Assembly: GCA_965216945.1 (NCBI GenBank)
Contig: CBDCGU010000003.1
Location: 899,868 to 963,867 of the forward strand
DNA length: 64,000 nucleotides
Direction: 5' to 3'
DNA from: Acidimicrobiia bacterium
GTDB taxonomy: Bacteria; Actinomycetota; Acidimicrobiia; Spongiisociales; UBA5794
The notes under the pieces were generated by a model. The model had not been told where the DNA came from, searched no databases, and saw only the letters and a program-made list of their open reading frames with translations. Positions 37,904-48,373 of this stretch are shown piece after piece. The translations under genes were made by a program, and so were the position numbers. Position 1 is the stretch's first letter. Each line of letters starts with the position of its first letter.

Positions 37904-39816
37904 CCGCCGAGGCCCCGCCCGTCACCGGCGGCCTCTCGATGGCGGGTATCCGCCGCCTCGTGCCATGGGCGATCTTGATCGTTGGTGTCGTCGCACTTCA
38001 GGCGCTGTTCGGCGATACCTCGTTCCCGGCAACGCTCGATACGTTCTTCTCCGACCCGCTCGACTCGCTGGGAGTGTGGATACGAGAGAACCGCCGCTCG
38101 CACTGGCTGTTCACCGGGTTCTTCAACCCTGCCACGGATGCGATCGACTGGGTGATCACCAGCCTCGAGGGGTTCCTGCTGTGGTTGCCATGGTATGCCG
38201 TCGTGGGCGCCGCCTTCCTCATCCCCGCTCGCGTCGGCATGTGGAAACACGGGCTGATGGCCGCAGGCGTGCTGCTCTACACGGGCCTGATCGGTCTCTG
38301 GGAGCCCACGATGGAGACGTTGTCGCTGATGTCCACGGCCGTTGCGATCGCGGTGGTCATCGGAGTACCGCTCGGCGTGTGGGGTGCGATGCGACCGCGT
38401 GTGGAGCGGATCAGCCGTCCGGTGCTGGATGCGATGCAGACCGTCCCGGCGTTCGTCTACTTCCTGCCGCTGCTCGGCTTCTTCGGCATCGGCGCGGTCA
38501 ACGCCGCCGTGGCCACGGTGATCTATGCACTGGCGCCGGTGGTGCGGCTCACCACCCTCGGCGTGCGGCGGGTGCCAGAGCAAGCCGTGGAGGCATCCCG
38601 TGTCTACGGCGCCACCGGGCTGCAGACGCTGGTGAAGGTGCAGATTCCGATGGCTCTGCCGACCATCATGACGGGGCTCACGCAAACGATCATGATGGCG
38701 CTCGGCATCGTCGTGCTGGCGGCGCTCATTGGCGCCGGCGGCCTCGGTGAGAACGTGTTCCAGAGCCTCTCGCAACGGCGCACCGGACGCGGGATTGCTG
38801 CCGGACTGGCCATCGTCGCCGTCGCCATCGTGCTGGAGCGAGTCTGGCGAAGCCTGGCCACCCTCGACCCCACACAACGCGCCCCGATTCGGTGGCGTCG
38901 GATCGGGCTGATCGGGTTGACCACCGCCGTCGTCATCGGCCGGGCGACGGGCTTCGTCGAGTTCCCCGAAGTGTGGAATCTGAGCGTCTTCGACCCCATC
39001 GACGACACCGTCGTGTGGGCGAGGGACAACCTGTCGTGGCTGACGCGACCCATCAACGACTTCATCGTCGGCAGCGTGATCGTGCCGGTACGCGATGCGC
39101 TGACCAACGATCTCGCCTGGCCCATCCTCATCTTCGTCACGGCCTGGGCGTGCTGGCGCGTCAAGGGTTGGCGGCTCGCTCTGTTCGGCGGAGGCGCCGT
39201 CGCCGTGATCGGCCTGATCGGTATGTGGGAGCTGTCGATCGACACGCTCGTGCAGGTGATGACGGCCACGCTGATCTCCATCGTCATAGCCATCCCAATC
39301 GGCATCTGGGCAGGTCGTCGACCCAGGATCGAAGCGGCGATGGGACCCGTCCTCGATGCGCTACAAACGGTGCCGTCCCTCGTGTACATCATTCCGGTGG
39401 TGATCCTCTTCACCGTCGGCGTGGTGCCGGGGATCATCGCCTCGGTGTTGTATGCGATCGTTCCCGGTATCCGCATCAGCGCACTCGGCATCCGCCACGT
39501 GCCGGAGGAGACGGTCGAGGCATCGACCACCTTCGGTGCGACTCCGCGCCAGACGATGGTGGGAGTACGGGTACCGCTGGCCGCGCCGACGATCATGGCG
39601 GCGATCAACCAGGTGATCATGATGGTGCTGGCCATGGTCATCATCGCCGGCTTCGTCGGCGGCGGCGGGCTGGGCTTCGAGACGATCCGATCGCTCACCC
39701 GTAGCCTGTTCGGACTGGGCTTCGAGGTCGGTCTCGCCCTCGTGCTGATGGCCATGGTCCTCGATCGCTACACCGAGGCGTGGGGGAAACGGTTGCAACC
39801 CCCGGAGGGGCACTGA
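37900..39816 (+). CDS. proW: glycine betaine/proline ABC transporter permease, duplicated (fused tandem ProW domains)
   Basis: 638 aa. Two copies of the BPD-transporter EAA-like loop (EQAVEASRVYGAT and EETVEASTTFGAT). ATGA overlap with proV. Confidence 0.9.
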   Translation: MTAEAPPVTGGLSMAGIRRLVPWAILIVGVVALQALFGDTSFPATLDTFFSDPLDSLGVWIRENRRSHWLFTGFFNPATDAIDWVITSLEGFLLWLPWYAVVGAAFLIPARVGMWKHGLMAAGVLLYTGLIGLWEPTMETLSLMSTAVAIAVVIGVPLGVWGAMRPRVERISRPVLDAMQTVPAFVYFLPLLGFFGIGAVNAAVATVIYALAPVVRLTTLGVRRVPEQAVEASRVYGATGLQTLVKVQIPMALPTIMTGLTQTIMMALGIVVLAALIGAGGLGENVFQSLSQRRTGRGIAAGLAIVAVAIVLERVWRSLATLDPTQRAPIRWRRIGLIGLTTAVVIGRATGFVEFPEVWNLSVFDPIDDTVVWARDNLSWLTRPINDFIVGSVIVPVRDALTNDLAWPILIFVTAWACWRVKGWRLALFGGGAVAVIGLIGMWELSIDTLVQVMTATLISIVIAIPIGIWAGRRPRIEAAMGPVLDALQTVPSLVYIIPVVILFTVGVVPGIIASVLYAIVPGIRISALGIRHVPEETVEASTTFGATPRQTMVGVRVPLAAPTIMAAINQVIMMVLAMVIIAGFVGGGGLGFETIRSLTRSLFGLGFEVGLALVLMAMVLDRYTEAWGKRLQPPEGH

Positions 39817-41475
39817 GTGGTCCCGGCGCGGTACGACTTCGTCATCGTCGGCGGTGGCTCGGCCGGAAGCGCCCTCGCCTCCCGGCTGTCCGCCGACCCG
39901 TCGATACGGGTGCTCGTGCTCGAAGCAGGCCGCCCCGACTACCGGTGGGACGTGTTCATCCACATGCCGGCCGCACTGGCGTTCCCCATCGGTAGCCGCT
40001 TCTACGACTGGAAGTACGAGTCGGAGCCGGAGCCCCATCTCGGCGGGCGGCGGGTCTACCACGCCCGCGGCAAGGTGCTCGGCGGGTCGTCATCCATCAA
40101 CGGGATGATCTTTCAACGCGGGAATCCGATGGATTACGAACGGTGGGCCGCCGACCCCGGTATGGAGATGTGGGACTACGCCCACTGTCTGCCGTATTTC
40201 AAGCGCATGGAGACCTGCCTCGCAGGGGAGGACGAGTGGCGCGGTGGCGAAGGTCCGCTGGTCCTGGAACGTGGGGCGAGCGACAACCCGCTGATCGACG
40301 CATTCCTGGAAGCTGCACACCAAGCGGGTCACCCCATCACCTCCGACGTCAACGGCTACCGCCAAGAGGGCTTCGCTCGTTTCGACCGCAACATCCACCG
40401 CGGTCGCCGGCTCTCGGCATCCCAGGCCTACCTCCACCCCGTGGCGGGTCGGCCCAACCTCGACGTGATCACTCGGGCGTTCGTCACCCGGATCCGTTTT
40501 GATGGGACCCGCGCCACCGGTGTGGACTACGCTCACCGTGGTTCGACGACGACCGTGACGGCCGGCGAGGTCATCCTGTGTGGCGGCGCCTTCAACTCGC
40601 CACAGCTCCTCCAGCTCTCGGGCGTCGGCAACGCCGCGGAGCTGGAGCGGCTGGGTATCGAGGTGGTTCACGACCTGCCCGGTGTCGGGGAGCACCTCCA
40701 AGACCACCTCGAGGTCTATGTCCAGCATGCCGCCGGCCGGCCGGTGTCGATCCAGCCGTGGATGGCATGGTGGCGCCGCCCGCTCGTCGGTCTCATGTGG
40801 CTGTTCCGCAAGGGCCCCGGGGCCACCAACCATTTCGAGGCGGGGGGCTTTGCTCGGTCCAACGACGACGTCGCCTACCCGAACCTGATGTTCCACTTCC
40901 TCCCGATCGCCATTCGCTATGACGGGTCGTCACCGGCCGGCGGTCATGGCTACCAGGTGCACGTCGGACCGATGTACTCCGATGCTCGAGGGTCGGTGAA
41001 GGTCCGCTCCACCGACCCTCGGATCAAGCCGGCGTTGCGGTTCGATTACCTCTCGACGGCCCAGGATCGTCGGGAGTGGGTCGAAGCCGTCCGCATGACT
41101 CGCGACATCCTGAGCCAGGCGGCGCTTGCTCCCTTCGACGCCGGCGAGATCTCGCCGGGACCCTCCGTCGCATCCGACGACGAGATCCTGGACTGGGTGG
41201 CGCGGGACGCCGAGACGGCGCTGCATCCCTCGTGCACGTGCCGGATGGGAACCGGCGCCCTGGACGTGGTCGATCCGACGACGATGCAGGTGCACGGCGT
41301 CGACGGGTTGCGCATCGTGGATGCGTCGGTGATGCCCTACGTCACCAACGGGAACATCTACGCCCCCGTGATGATGCTGGCCGAGAAGGCGGCCGATCTC
41401 ATCCTCGGCAACACGCCGCTGCCACCCGACTCGGCGCCGTGGTACCGCCACGGGGGAGAGAGGCCCCGCCGCTAG
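39817..41475 (+). CDS. betA: choline dehydrogenase (GMC oxidoreductase)
   Basis: 552 aa. N-terminal FAD motif [12 protein letters not shown] and the GMC signature. Confidence 0.9.
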   Translation: MVPARYDFVIVGGGSAGSALASRLSADPSIRVLVLEAGRPDYRWDVFIHMPAALAFPIGSRFYDWKYESEPEPHLGGRRVYHARGKVLGGSSSINGMIFQRGNPMDYERWAADPGMEMWDYAHCLPYFKRMETCLAGEDEWRGGEGPLVLERGASDNPLIDAFLEAAHQAGHPITSDVNGYRQEGFARFDRNIHRGRRLSASQAYLHPVAGRPNLDVITRAFVTRIRFDGTRATGVDYAHRGSTTTVTAGEVILCGGAFNSPQLLQLSGVGNAAELERLGIEVVHDLPGVGEHLQDHLEVYVQHAAGRPVSIQPWMAWWRRPLVGLMWLFRKGPGATNHFEAGGFARSNDDVAYPNLMFHFLPIAIRYDGSSPAGGHGYQVHVGPMYSDARGSVKVRSTDPRIKPALRFDYLSTAQDRREWVEAVRMTRDILSQAALAPFDAGEISPGPSVASDDEILDWVARDAETALHPSCTCRMGTGALDVVDPTTMQVHGVDGLRIVDASVMPYVTNGNIYAPVMMLAEKAADLILGNTPLPPDSAPWYRHGGERPRR

Positions 41476-41660
41476 GCGGGGACTCGGTCGGCTGGGGCTG
41501 GGGACCCCGGCCGACACCGCGATGAGCCACGAGGCGAAGAGCCAACCAACACACGCGGCCCCGCCGCTAGGCGGGGACTCGGTCGGCTGGGGCTGGGGAC
41601 CCCGGCCGACACCGCGATGAGCCACGAGGCGAAGAGCCAACAACACACGCGGCCCCGCCG
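41462..41660. repeat. 95-bp tandem direct repeat (2.1 copies), each unit starting with hairpin CCCCGCC-GCTA-GGCGGGG
   Basis: Unit 1 is at 41462-41556 and unit 2 at 41557-41650 (one C deleted), followed by a 10-nt partial third copy. The first hairpin contains the betA TAG stop. Confidence 0.9.
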
Positions 41661-41725
41661 ATGTGCGCCAGTCTGGCAGTTGATCCCAGGTTTGGCCGGT
41701 ATCTCCGGCCAGGCGGAAGGGGCGC

Positions 41726-43162
41726 CTACAGATCCTGGTCCACGGGCGGAGGGGCGCCGGCGATCCCCGTCTCGGCGATGGCATCCCTGTGATCCGTTTC
41801 CGCGGCGGCGCTCTCCCCCTTCTTGGCGGCGATGCCTTCCTCACGAGCGGACTCGATCTTGTCCGTCGTGAGCTTCGGTGCCGCATAGACGAACAGCACG
41901 AGGTAGGACGCGGCGGTGACGAACCACGGCATGCGCAGCGCCAGCTCGCGGCTGGCAACGCTCTCTGTGCCGGAGACGACGAAACCACCGATGGCCAGAC
42001 CGATGGGCATCATGCCCCAGGCGAAGAACCGGTAGACGCTGTTGACGCGACCGAGCAGCTGATCGGGGATGATGGTCTGGCGCAGCGACACCGTGATGAC
42101 GTTCCACAGCACGGCAGCGAAGGTGAACGCCACGAACATCAGCCATGCGATCGGCCACAGCGAGCTGAGCCCGATGATGAGCGACGTGAGCCCGCCGCCG
42201 ATCAGCGTGAAGTAGAGGGACGTGCCGGAGCCGAGCCGCTCGCTGATCTTGGGGGCGGTGACGCTCCCGATGATGCCGCCGACTGCCCCTCCCGTCATGA
42301 GCAGCGCAAACGCAAACGAGTCGACGTCGAGCACCTCTTGGGAGAACAGCACGATGGTGGCGAAGGTGATGCTGCCGAGCCCGTTCATGATGCCGAGGAT
42401 GATGGCCATCGGCTTCAGGAGCGGATGGCGCCACAACCAGCGGAATCCCTCCGAGATCTCCTTGCGCCACTCGACCTTGCCTTGCGCCTCGCCCTGGTTG
42501 GTGCGGAAGTCGCCCTGGATGAGAAACACGAGGCCGGCCGCCACCGCAAAGGTGCCGGCGTCGACGAAGAACGGCAGCGCAAACATGATGCCGATCAGGA
42601 AGCTGCCGAGCGGTGGACCGGCGAAGCTGTTGGCCACCATCTCGGCGCCCCACAGCCGGCCGTTGGCGCGCTCCAGACCCTCCGGCTCGACGATGGCGGG
42701 CAAGATGGTCTGTGCGGCGTTGTCGCGGAGCACCTCGGCGAACCCGAAGAGCAGGGACGCCACGAGCAGCACCGTGTAGAGGGCGGCATCGGTGGGTATG
42801 TCGATGCCACCGGCGATCTGGTCGGGACGGGGGAGGCGGCTCTCGGCGGCCACGACCGCCACAGCCACTCCCAGCGTGATCACCGTCCTCACCACGTCCA
42901 TGGCCACCATGATCTTGCGGCGGTCGATCCGGTCGGTGATGACGCCGGCCGGCAGTGTGAACACGAGCCACGGCAGCCGCTGGGCCACTGCGATCAATGC
43001 GATCAGGACCGGATCACGGGTGACGGCGGAGGCCAGCCAGGGGTATGCGATGGCGGCGATGCCGTCACCGAGGTTGGAGACCACCGAAGCGGTCCACAGC
43101 TTGGCGTAGCTCGCACCGAGCTTGACCTTCTCTTTGGTGGTCGGTGCGGCGGTGTCGGTCAC
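41726..43162 (-). CDS. MFS transporter (EntS/multidrug-efflux-like)
   Basis: 478 aa with 12 TM and the DRIDRRK motif-A loop. Its GTG start overlaps the arsR stop. Confidence 0.85.
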   Translation of the reverse strand: MTDTAAPTTKEKVKLGASYAKLWTASVVSNLGDGIAAIAYPWLASAVTRDPVLIALIAVAQRLPWLVFTLPAGVITDRIDRRKIMVAMDVVRTVITLGVAVAVVAAESRLPRPDQIAGGIDIPTDAALYTVLLVASLLFGFAEVLRDNAAQTILPAIVEPEGLERANGRLWGAEMVANSFAGPPLGSFLIGIMFALPFFVDAGTFAVAAGLVFLIQGDFRTNQGEAQGKVEWRKEISEGFRWLWRHPLLKPMAIILGIMNGLGSITFATIVLFSQEVLDVDSFAFALLMTGGAVGGIIGSVTAPKISERLGSGTSLYFTLIGGGLTSLIIGLSSLWPIAWLMFVAFTFAAVLWNVITVSLRQTIIPDQLLGRVNSVYRFFAWGMMPIGLAIGGFVVSGTESVASRELALRMPWFVTAASYLVLFVYAAPKLTTDKIESAREEGIAAKKGESAAAETDHRDAIAETGIAGAPPPVDQDL

Positions 43163-43743
43163 GTACGCTCCTCGGGGAAGGTGGGACGGTCGGTGGGATA
43201 CACCCCGGCGACGAAACCGTAGACGACGTCGCCACCGCGGGGCAGGTCGACGAAGTCCTCGGAGAGCTCGACGACCCGCTGGGCAAACTCGACCGCACGC
43301 GCCTCGGGGATGCGCACGTGGCGCAAGGTGAACATGGGCAGCGGATCGGCCGGGTCGAGCGCCCGCGCCTCGTTCATCGCCTCGGCAAGCATGGGAAATG
43401 GCTTGTCATCCGACTCCATCGCCTTGATGACGATGGTTCTGGCGACCCGGCCGTAATACTTCTCGGTCATCGCACGCACCCGTGCCGTGCGCACCACCCG
43501 GATGAGCCCGGCCTTCTCGAGCACCTTGAGGTGGTAGCCAACGGTCCCCTTCGGCTTGTCCAGCGCCGCTGCGAGGTGGGTCGTCGTCGCCGCCCGGTCG
43601 AGCAGAAGATCGAGAATGTGGCGCCGGGTGTTGTCGCCGAGCGCCTTCAGCTGGCTTGGTGTCGAGGCCTCGACCTCCGGAGCCAGCTCGTAATCGGGCC
43701 CGGGGGCGGTGGCTGCTGAAGTCGCTTCGGCTCCGGTCGGCAT
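43159..43743 (-). CDS. ArsR-family transcriptional regulator
   Basis: Winged HTH (ALGDNTRRHILDLL) followed by a C-terminal extension. Start taken as the ATG at 43743; the track ORF begins at an upstream TTG. Confidence 0.75.
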   Translation of the reverse strand: MPTGAEATSAATAPGPDYELAPEVEASTPSQLKALGDNTRRHILDLLLDRAATTTHLAAALDKPKGTVGYHLKVLEKAGLIRVVRTARVRAMTEKYYGRVARTIVIKAMESDDKPFPMLAEAMNEARALDPADPLPMFTLRHVRIPEARAVEFAQRVVELSEDFVDLPRGGDVVYGFVAGVYPTDRPTFPEERT

Positions 43744-43779
43744 GTGCCAAATTGTCGGCACATCCCGACCATTTGTCAA
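43742..43779 (-). promoter_or_regulatory. putative arsR promoter (TTGACA-17-GACAAT) with 7-8-7 palindrome ATGTGCC-N8-GGCACAT overlapping the -10 and the ATG
   Basis: Read directly on the minus strand. It is consistent with an autoregulated and possibly leaderless transcript. Confidence 0.4.
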
Positions 43780-43838
43780 GCAGCTTCGACTGACGACGAT
43801 ATGCCTCTACCATCGCCACTCCCCTTCCCAGGATTCCG

Positions 43839-45239
43839 ATGCCCACCACGCTCTTCGAGAAGGTCTGGAGCGACCACGTCGTCCGCAGCGGCGGCGGCGA
43901 ACCGGATCTGCTGTACATCGATCTCCATCTCGTCCACGAGGTCACCTCGCCGCAGGCGTTCGAGTCGCTGGCGATGCAGGGCCGATCGGTGCGCCGCCCC
44001 GATCTCACTCTGGCAACCGTCGACCATGGTGTACCCACCGAGGGGCGCGCCCTCGGAATCCAAGATCCGCTCTCCCGGAAACAGATCGAGACGCTGGTCG
44101 AGAACTGCCGCACGCACGGCATCACGCTCTACGGCATCGACGACCCCCGCCAGGGCATCGTGCACGTGATCGGGCCGGAGCAGGGCATCACCCAGCCGGG
44201 GATGACGATCGTCTGCGGCGACTCGCACACGTCGACCCACGGTGCGTTCGGGGCGCTCGCCTTCGGCATCGGCACATCGGAGGTCGAGCACGTTCTCGCC
44301 AGCCAGACCCTGCCGCAGCCCAAGCCCAGGTCGATGGCGATCACCGTCGCCGGTGACCTCGCCAAAGGCGTGACGGCCAAGGACGTGATTCTGGGCATCA
44401 TCGCCCGTATCGGCGTCGACGGCGGCGTCGGCTACGTGGTCGAGTACCGCGGTTCGGCCATCGAGGCGCTCTCGATGGAGGGGCGCATGACGGTGTGCAA
44501 CATGTCGATCGAGGGAGGCGCCCGCGCCGGCATGATCGCTCCCGACGACACCACGTTCGCCTATCTCGAGGGACGCACCCATGCGCCGCAGGGCGCAGAC
44601 TGGGCAGCGGCGCTCGACTACTGGCGCACGTTGCCAACCGACGAGGGAGCGGAGTTCGACGCCTATGTGGACATCGCGGCCGGCGATCTGGCCCCACACG
44701 TCAGTTGGGGAACCAACCCTGCGCAGACATTGCCGGTGACAGCATCGCTGCCGTCTCCCGACGACTTCGCCGAACCCTTGGACCGCGACGCAACAGAACG
44801 AGCACTGCAGTACATGGATCTCGAAGCCGGCACGGCGATCACGGACATCACGATCGACCGGGTGTTCTTCGGCTCCTGCACCAACGGACGGATCGAGGAC
44901 CTGCGCGCCGGAGCGGCTCTCCTCGAAGGCAAGCGCGTCCACCCCGACGTCCGGGCGATGGTCGTGCCGGGCTCCGGTCTCGTGAAGTTACAGGCCGAAG
45001 AGGAGGGACTGGACCGCGTGTTCAAGGCGGCAGGCTTCGAGTGGCGCGACGCCGGCTGCTCGATGTGCCTCGGCATGAACCCGGACATCCTCGCTCCCGG
45101 CGAGCGGTGCGCATCCACGTCGAACCGGAACTTCGAGGGTCGCCAGGGACGTGGCGGCCGGACCCACCTCGTCTCGCCGGAGATGGCGGTGGCGGCGGCG
45201 GTCGAGGGTCACTTCGTCGATGTGAGGGAGTGGGAGTGA
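43839..45239 (+). CDS. leuC: 3-isopropylmalate dehydratase large subunit
   Basis: 466 aa aconitase-family protein with Fe-S ligating Cys residues. Confidence 0.95.
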   Translation: MPTTLFEKVWSDHVVRSGGGEPDLLYIDLHLVHEVTSPQAFESLAMQGRSVRRPDLTLATVDHGVPTEGRALGIQDPLSRKQIETLVENCRTHGITLYGIDDPRQGIVHVIGPEQGITQPGMTIVCGDSHTSTHGAFGALAFGIGTSEVEHVLASQTLPQPKPRSMAITVAGDLAKGVTAKDVILGIIARIGVDGGVGYVVEYRGSAIEALSMEGRMTVCNMSIEGGARAGMIAPDDTTFAYLEGRTHAPQGADWAAALDYWRTLPTDEGAEFDAYVDIAAGDLAPHVSWGTNPAQTLPVTASLPSPDDFAEPLDRDATERALQYMDLEAGTAITDITIDRVFFGSCTNGRIEDLRAGAALLEGKRVHPDVRAMVVPGSGLVKLQAEEEGLDRVFKAAGFEWRDAGCSMCLGMNPDILAPGERCASTSNRNFEGRQGRGGRTHLVSPEMAVAAAVEGHFVDVREWE

Positions 45240-45844
45240 TGGACCCCGTTGGAATGATCCAAGGACAGATGGCCCCGCTGCCGCGTGCCAACGTCGACAC
45301 GGACCAGATCATCCCCAAGCAGTTCCTCAAACGCGTCGAGCGCACCGGGTTCGGACCCTTCCTGTTCTATGACTGGGCGTACGACACCGAGGGCGAGATG
45401 ATCCTTGACTTCGTGACGAACCGGCCGGAATACGCCAACGCCAAGGTGCTGGTGACCGGACCGAACTTCGGCTCCGGCTCGTCCCGGGAGCACGCCCCCT
45501 GGGCGATCGAGGACTGGGGATTCGAAGCGATCATCGCGCCGTCGTTCGCCGACATCTTCCAGTCGAACTGCCACAAGATCGGATTGCTGCCGGTGGTCCT
45601 CAGCGACGACGAGGTGGCGACGCTGACCGCGATCGCGGAGCACCCGGACAACGAGGTGGCCATCGATCTCGAGACGCAGACGGTGGCGGCAGGCGACTTC
45701 AAGGCAGTCTTCGAGATCGACGACTTCGCCAAACACTGCCTGCTCAACGGCCTCGACCACATCGCATTGACGCTGCAGCATGCAGCGGAAATCGACGCCT
45801 ACGAGCAGTCGCGAGCCCCCTTCAAGCCGAGTCTGAGCGCCTAG
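45239..45844 (+). CDS. leuD: 3-isopropylmalate dehydratase small subunit
   Basis: 201 aa aconitase swivel domain. Its ATG overlaps the leuC TGA by 1 nt. Confidence 0.95.
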   Translation: MDPVGMIQGQMAPLPRANVDTDQIIPKQFLKRVERTGFGPFLFYDWAYDTEGEMILDFVTNRPEYANAKVLVTGPNFGSGSSREHAPWAIEDWGFEAIIAPSFADIFQSNCHKIGLLPVVLSDDEVATLTAIAEHPDNEVAIDLETQTVAAGDFKAVFEIDDFAKHCLLNGLDHIALTLQHAAEIDAYEQSRAPFKPSLSA

Positions 45845-45913
45845 GGTCCCTGAGATCGCCCGAGAGCCGGTGCTGCAGACAACGTCGAGTCGTCCGGGAA
45901 GCGTCACCTCATC

Positions 45914-45929
45914 GGCCGCCGCAGCGGCC
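45914..45929. terminator. hairpin GGCCGC-CGCA-GCGGCC between the convergent leuD and membrane-protein genes
   Basis: 6-bp GC stem with a 4-nt loop and no U-tract. Confidence 0.3.
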
Positions 45930-45951
45930 GGGCTCTCCTGTTCGCACCCTG

Positions 45952-46818
45952 TCAGCCCCGCACTCTTGCGAGTGCCACATCGAGCGTGCGGGCCAGCGAA
46001 GCCTGCCGGTTGTTGATGGCGCGAACCACGGCAATGGCGAAGGGGGCCAACACGGCCGCAGCGACGTAGAGCCCCAACTCGAGCCGAAGGACGTTGACGA
46101 ACGACTCGGCGGTGTCCTCGACCGTGGTGAACCACGCCACCGTGAAGAGCAGACCCCTCGCGATGAATATCGCCCACCACACATTGAAGTACCAGGGCAC
46201 GGCCGGCGGCGGGTGCCACTCGTGTGTTGCAGACTCGGGTGGGCGGCTCTGCACCCAGAGATCGCCGGCGATCTGCCGGGGGCGATACAGCGAGACGATC
46301 GGCACCACCCATCCAAAGATCGCCCATCCTGCCTTGTGCTCGCTACGTCTTCCCAGCGGTTCGAGGTTCTTGTACGAGCGGTAGAACCACACGATCCAGA
46401 CGATCGAGATCAGCAGGAACATCGCCCCTTGGAACCCCGCCGCCAGGACGTAGCCCTCCTCGATGTCGAGTAGCCGGTCGACGTTCTCGACAACGCCGGA
46501 GTCTCTCAGGTCGGTCAGGGCGGCCAGGTAGGGAAGGGCCATGGAGAATGACCATGCGACGAAGCCGAGGTAGACCCCCAAGAGGAGCTGGAGGAACACA
46601 CCGGTCCCGTAGGTGCTGCGGTAGTCGATCAGCCGCACACCGCGGACGAATGCGGGCTGCTCCGCGACCGCCGCGGCCGGACGACGCGTCTCGGAGATAC
46701 GGGACGAGCTCCAGAGGTCCTTCGTTTCGGCGCAATACGGACAGTCGTACTTGACGTTTACGTTTCTTCCACAGCCCAGACACGGCTCGAATCTCGCCAC
46801 CACATGCTCCCTACGCAC
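45952..46818 (-). CDS. membrane protein with N-terminal zinc-ribbon (DUF4328-like)
   Basis: 288 aa. CxxC...CxxC ribbon (CLGCGRN...CPYC) followed by a Trp-rich 4-TM domain. Confidence 0.6.
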   Translation of the reverse strand: MRREHVVARFEPCLGCGRNVNVKYDCPYCAETKDLWSSSRISETRRPAAAVAEQPAFVRGVRLIDYRSTYGTGVFLQLLLGVYLGFVAWSFSMALPYLAALTDLRDSGVVENVDRLLDIEEGYVLAAGFQGAMFLLISIVWIVWFYRSYKNLEPLGRRSEHKAGWAIFGWVVPIVSLYRPRQIAGDLWVQSRPPESATHEWHPPPAVPWYFNVWWAIFIARGLLFTVAWFTTVEDTAESFVNVLRLELGLYVAAAVLAPFAIAVVRAINNRQASLARTLDVALARVRG

Positions 46819-46915
46819 ACGAAACGCCGGCTCCGGCGGCCGGCGCGCACACGATACGGCGGGCGCCTACCCGGTCCAATGGTGCAGCCGACCCATCGTG
46901 CCGGCTGGCAGGGTC

Positions 46916-47635
46916 CTACGCCCGCCGTCCCGACACCGCCCGCAGTGGAGCACCGAGTTGATGGACGGCGGTGCGGATGCCGGCGTTGTGCCACACGTTG
47001 CGGGCGTACCGCCACTGGCGTTTGGAGTCGATGCGTTCAGCCGTGTGGGTTACCTCTCCGTCGACGCAGAACCGAGCCGCCAGGGAGCGCAGGGTGTGAT
47101 ACCAGATCGCATCCTCCTTGCGGTCGAAGTACAGGGTGAAGACGAGGTCGTAGATGGGGTCGCTCGTTCGGAAGTAGGGCTGGACCTGGGCGACCGTGGT
47201 CCCGGCTTCGTCGTGGGCGCTGAACGTGATCCATCCCGCAAAGATGTGGCCCTGCGGCAGGGCGAAGGCGAACGACTCGTCGTCGGCATACATCACCATG
47301 ACGCCCGTCGACAGCTTCATCCCGCTCTGGCTGGCGTTGATGACTCCGACGTCTCCCGGCTCGAGGGCGGCGACTGGGCCGTAGAGGTGGGAGTTGTCCG
47401 GCCAGAACGTCGTGTACTCCGCCTTCCATGTCGCCACGACGTCCTGAGGAGTCGCGTCGGCGCCGGTCAGAGGCACCTGATACGTCTTGCGCCACAGCTG
47501 GCCGAAGCCCTGGAGGGCGCCAGACAGTTGCTTTCCCGACACGTTGAGATTCAGCGCCTGCGGGGGGAGATCTCCCACGGCGAGCTCTTCGACCGGCTTC
47601 GCCCAGCGCTCTTCACCCGTTGTCGCGTCGTTCAT
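46916..47635 (-). CDS. conserved hypothetical protein, last gene of the partner-switching operon
   Basis: 239 aa soluble protein with no recognisable motifs. Its ATG overlaps the upstream STAS gene stop. Confidence 0.55.
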   Translation of the reverse strand: MNDATTGEERWAKPVEELAVGDLPPQALNLNVSGKQLSGALQGFGQLWRKTYQVPLTGADATPQDVVATWKAEYTTFWPDNSHLYGPVAALEPGDVGVINASQSGMKLSTGVMVMYADDESFAFALPQGHIFAGWITFSAHDEAGTTVAQVQPYFRTSDPIYDLVFTLYFDRKEDAIWYHTLRSLAARFCVDGEVTHTAERIDSKRQWRYARNVWHNAGIRTAVHQLGAPLRAVSGRRA

Positions 47636-47997
47636 CGTCGCCCTGCGTCGCTTGCGGCGACACCTTCGGCCTCGGCGTCGTAGATCGTGATGGCCTCGTC
47701 GAGCCGGGTGAGCCGGAAGATCTCCCGGTAGTGGTCGCTCAGGCCGAAGGCACCCAGCGTCTGCCCGTGGCGTTGCGTCCTCACGAGCAGCGTGACGAGC
47801 AGACCGATTCCCGAGCTGTTCATGTAGTCGAGTCCGCCGAAGTTCAGGAGCACGCCCGTGGCGCCGCGTCGGGTCGCTTGCTCGTGGGCGTCCTGGAGCA
47901 CCCCCTCGGCGAATCGGGTGATCTCTCCTTCGATGTCGATCACGGCGACTCGGTCCTCCGGATACCGGACGTTCATTGCAATCGATGCTTCAGGCAT
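47632..47997 (-). CDS. STAS-domain anti-sigma-factor antagonist (SpoIIAA/RsbV-like)
   Basis: 121 aa from the internal ATG. Phosphorylatable Ser motif DYMNSSGIGLL. Confidence 0.8.
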   Translation of the reverse strand: MPEASIAMNVRYPEDRVAVIDIEGEITRFAEGVLQDAHEQATRRGATGVLLNFGGLDYMNSSGIGLLVTLLVRTQRHGQTLGAFGLSDHYREIFRLTRLDEAITIYDAEAEGVAASDAGRR

Positions 47998-48373
47998 GAC
48001 GGCCTCCTCCCGGGGGATCGAACACGGTGGTCGCAAGCAGCGCCGTTGCCTCGTCGCCGACCACGGACATGAAGTCGACGAGTCGGGTGATCTCGAAGAT
48101 CTCGCGATAGTGGTCGCTCAGCCCGCAGGCGACGACGGGCACGCGCGCCGCTCGGGATCGACCGAGCAGGTCCACGATCAGGGCGATTCCGGTGCTGTTG
48201 ATGAACTCGGTTGCCGCAAAGTTGAGCACGAGACGTTGCGGGCTGCCCGCCAGCGCCTCACCCGTGACAGCTTCCAGGTCTTCGGCGGCGAAGGCGTTGA
48301 TGTCGCCGGCGAGGTCGATGACCACCGAGTCCTCGGCGGGGCGTATCTCTGCCTCGAATCGGCTGCCGTTCAC
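47990..48373 (-). CDS. STAS-domain anti-sigma-factor antagonist (second copy)
   Basis: 127 aa with the motif EFINSTGIALI. Confidence 0.8.
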   Translation of the reverse strand: MNGSRFEAEIRPAEDSVVIDLAGDINAFAAEDLEAVTGEALAGSPQRLVLNFAATEFINSTGIALIVDLLGRSRAARVPVVACGLSDHYREIFEITRLVDFMSVVGDEATALLATTVFDPPGGGRHA

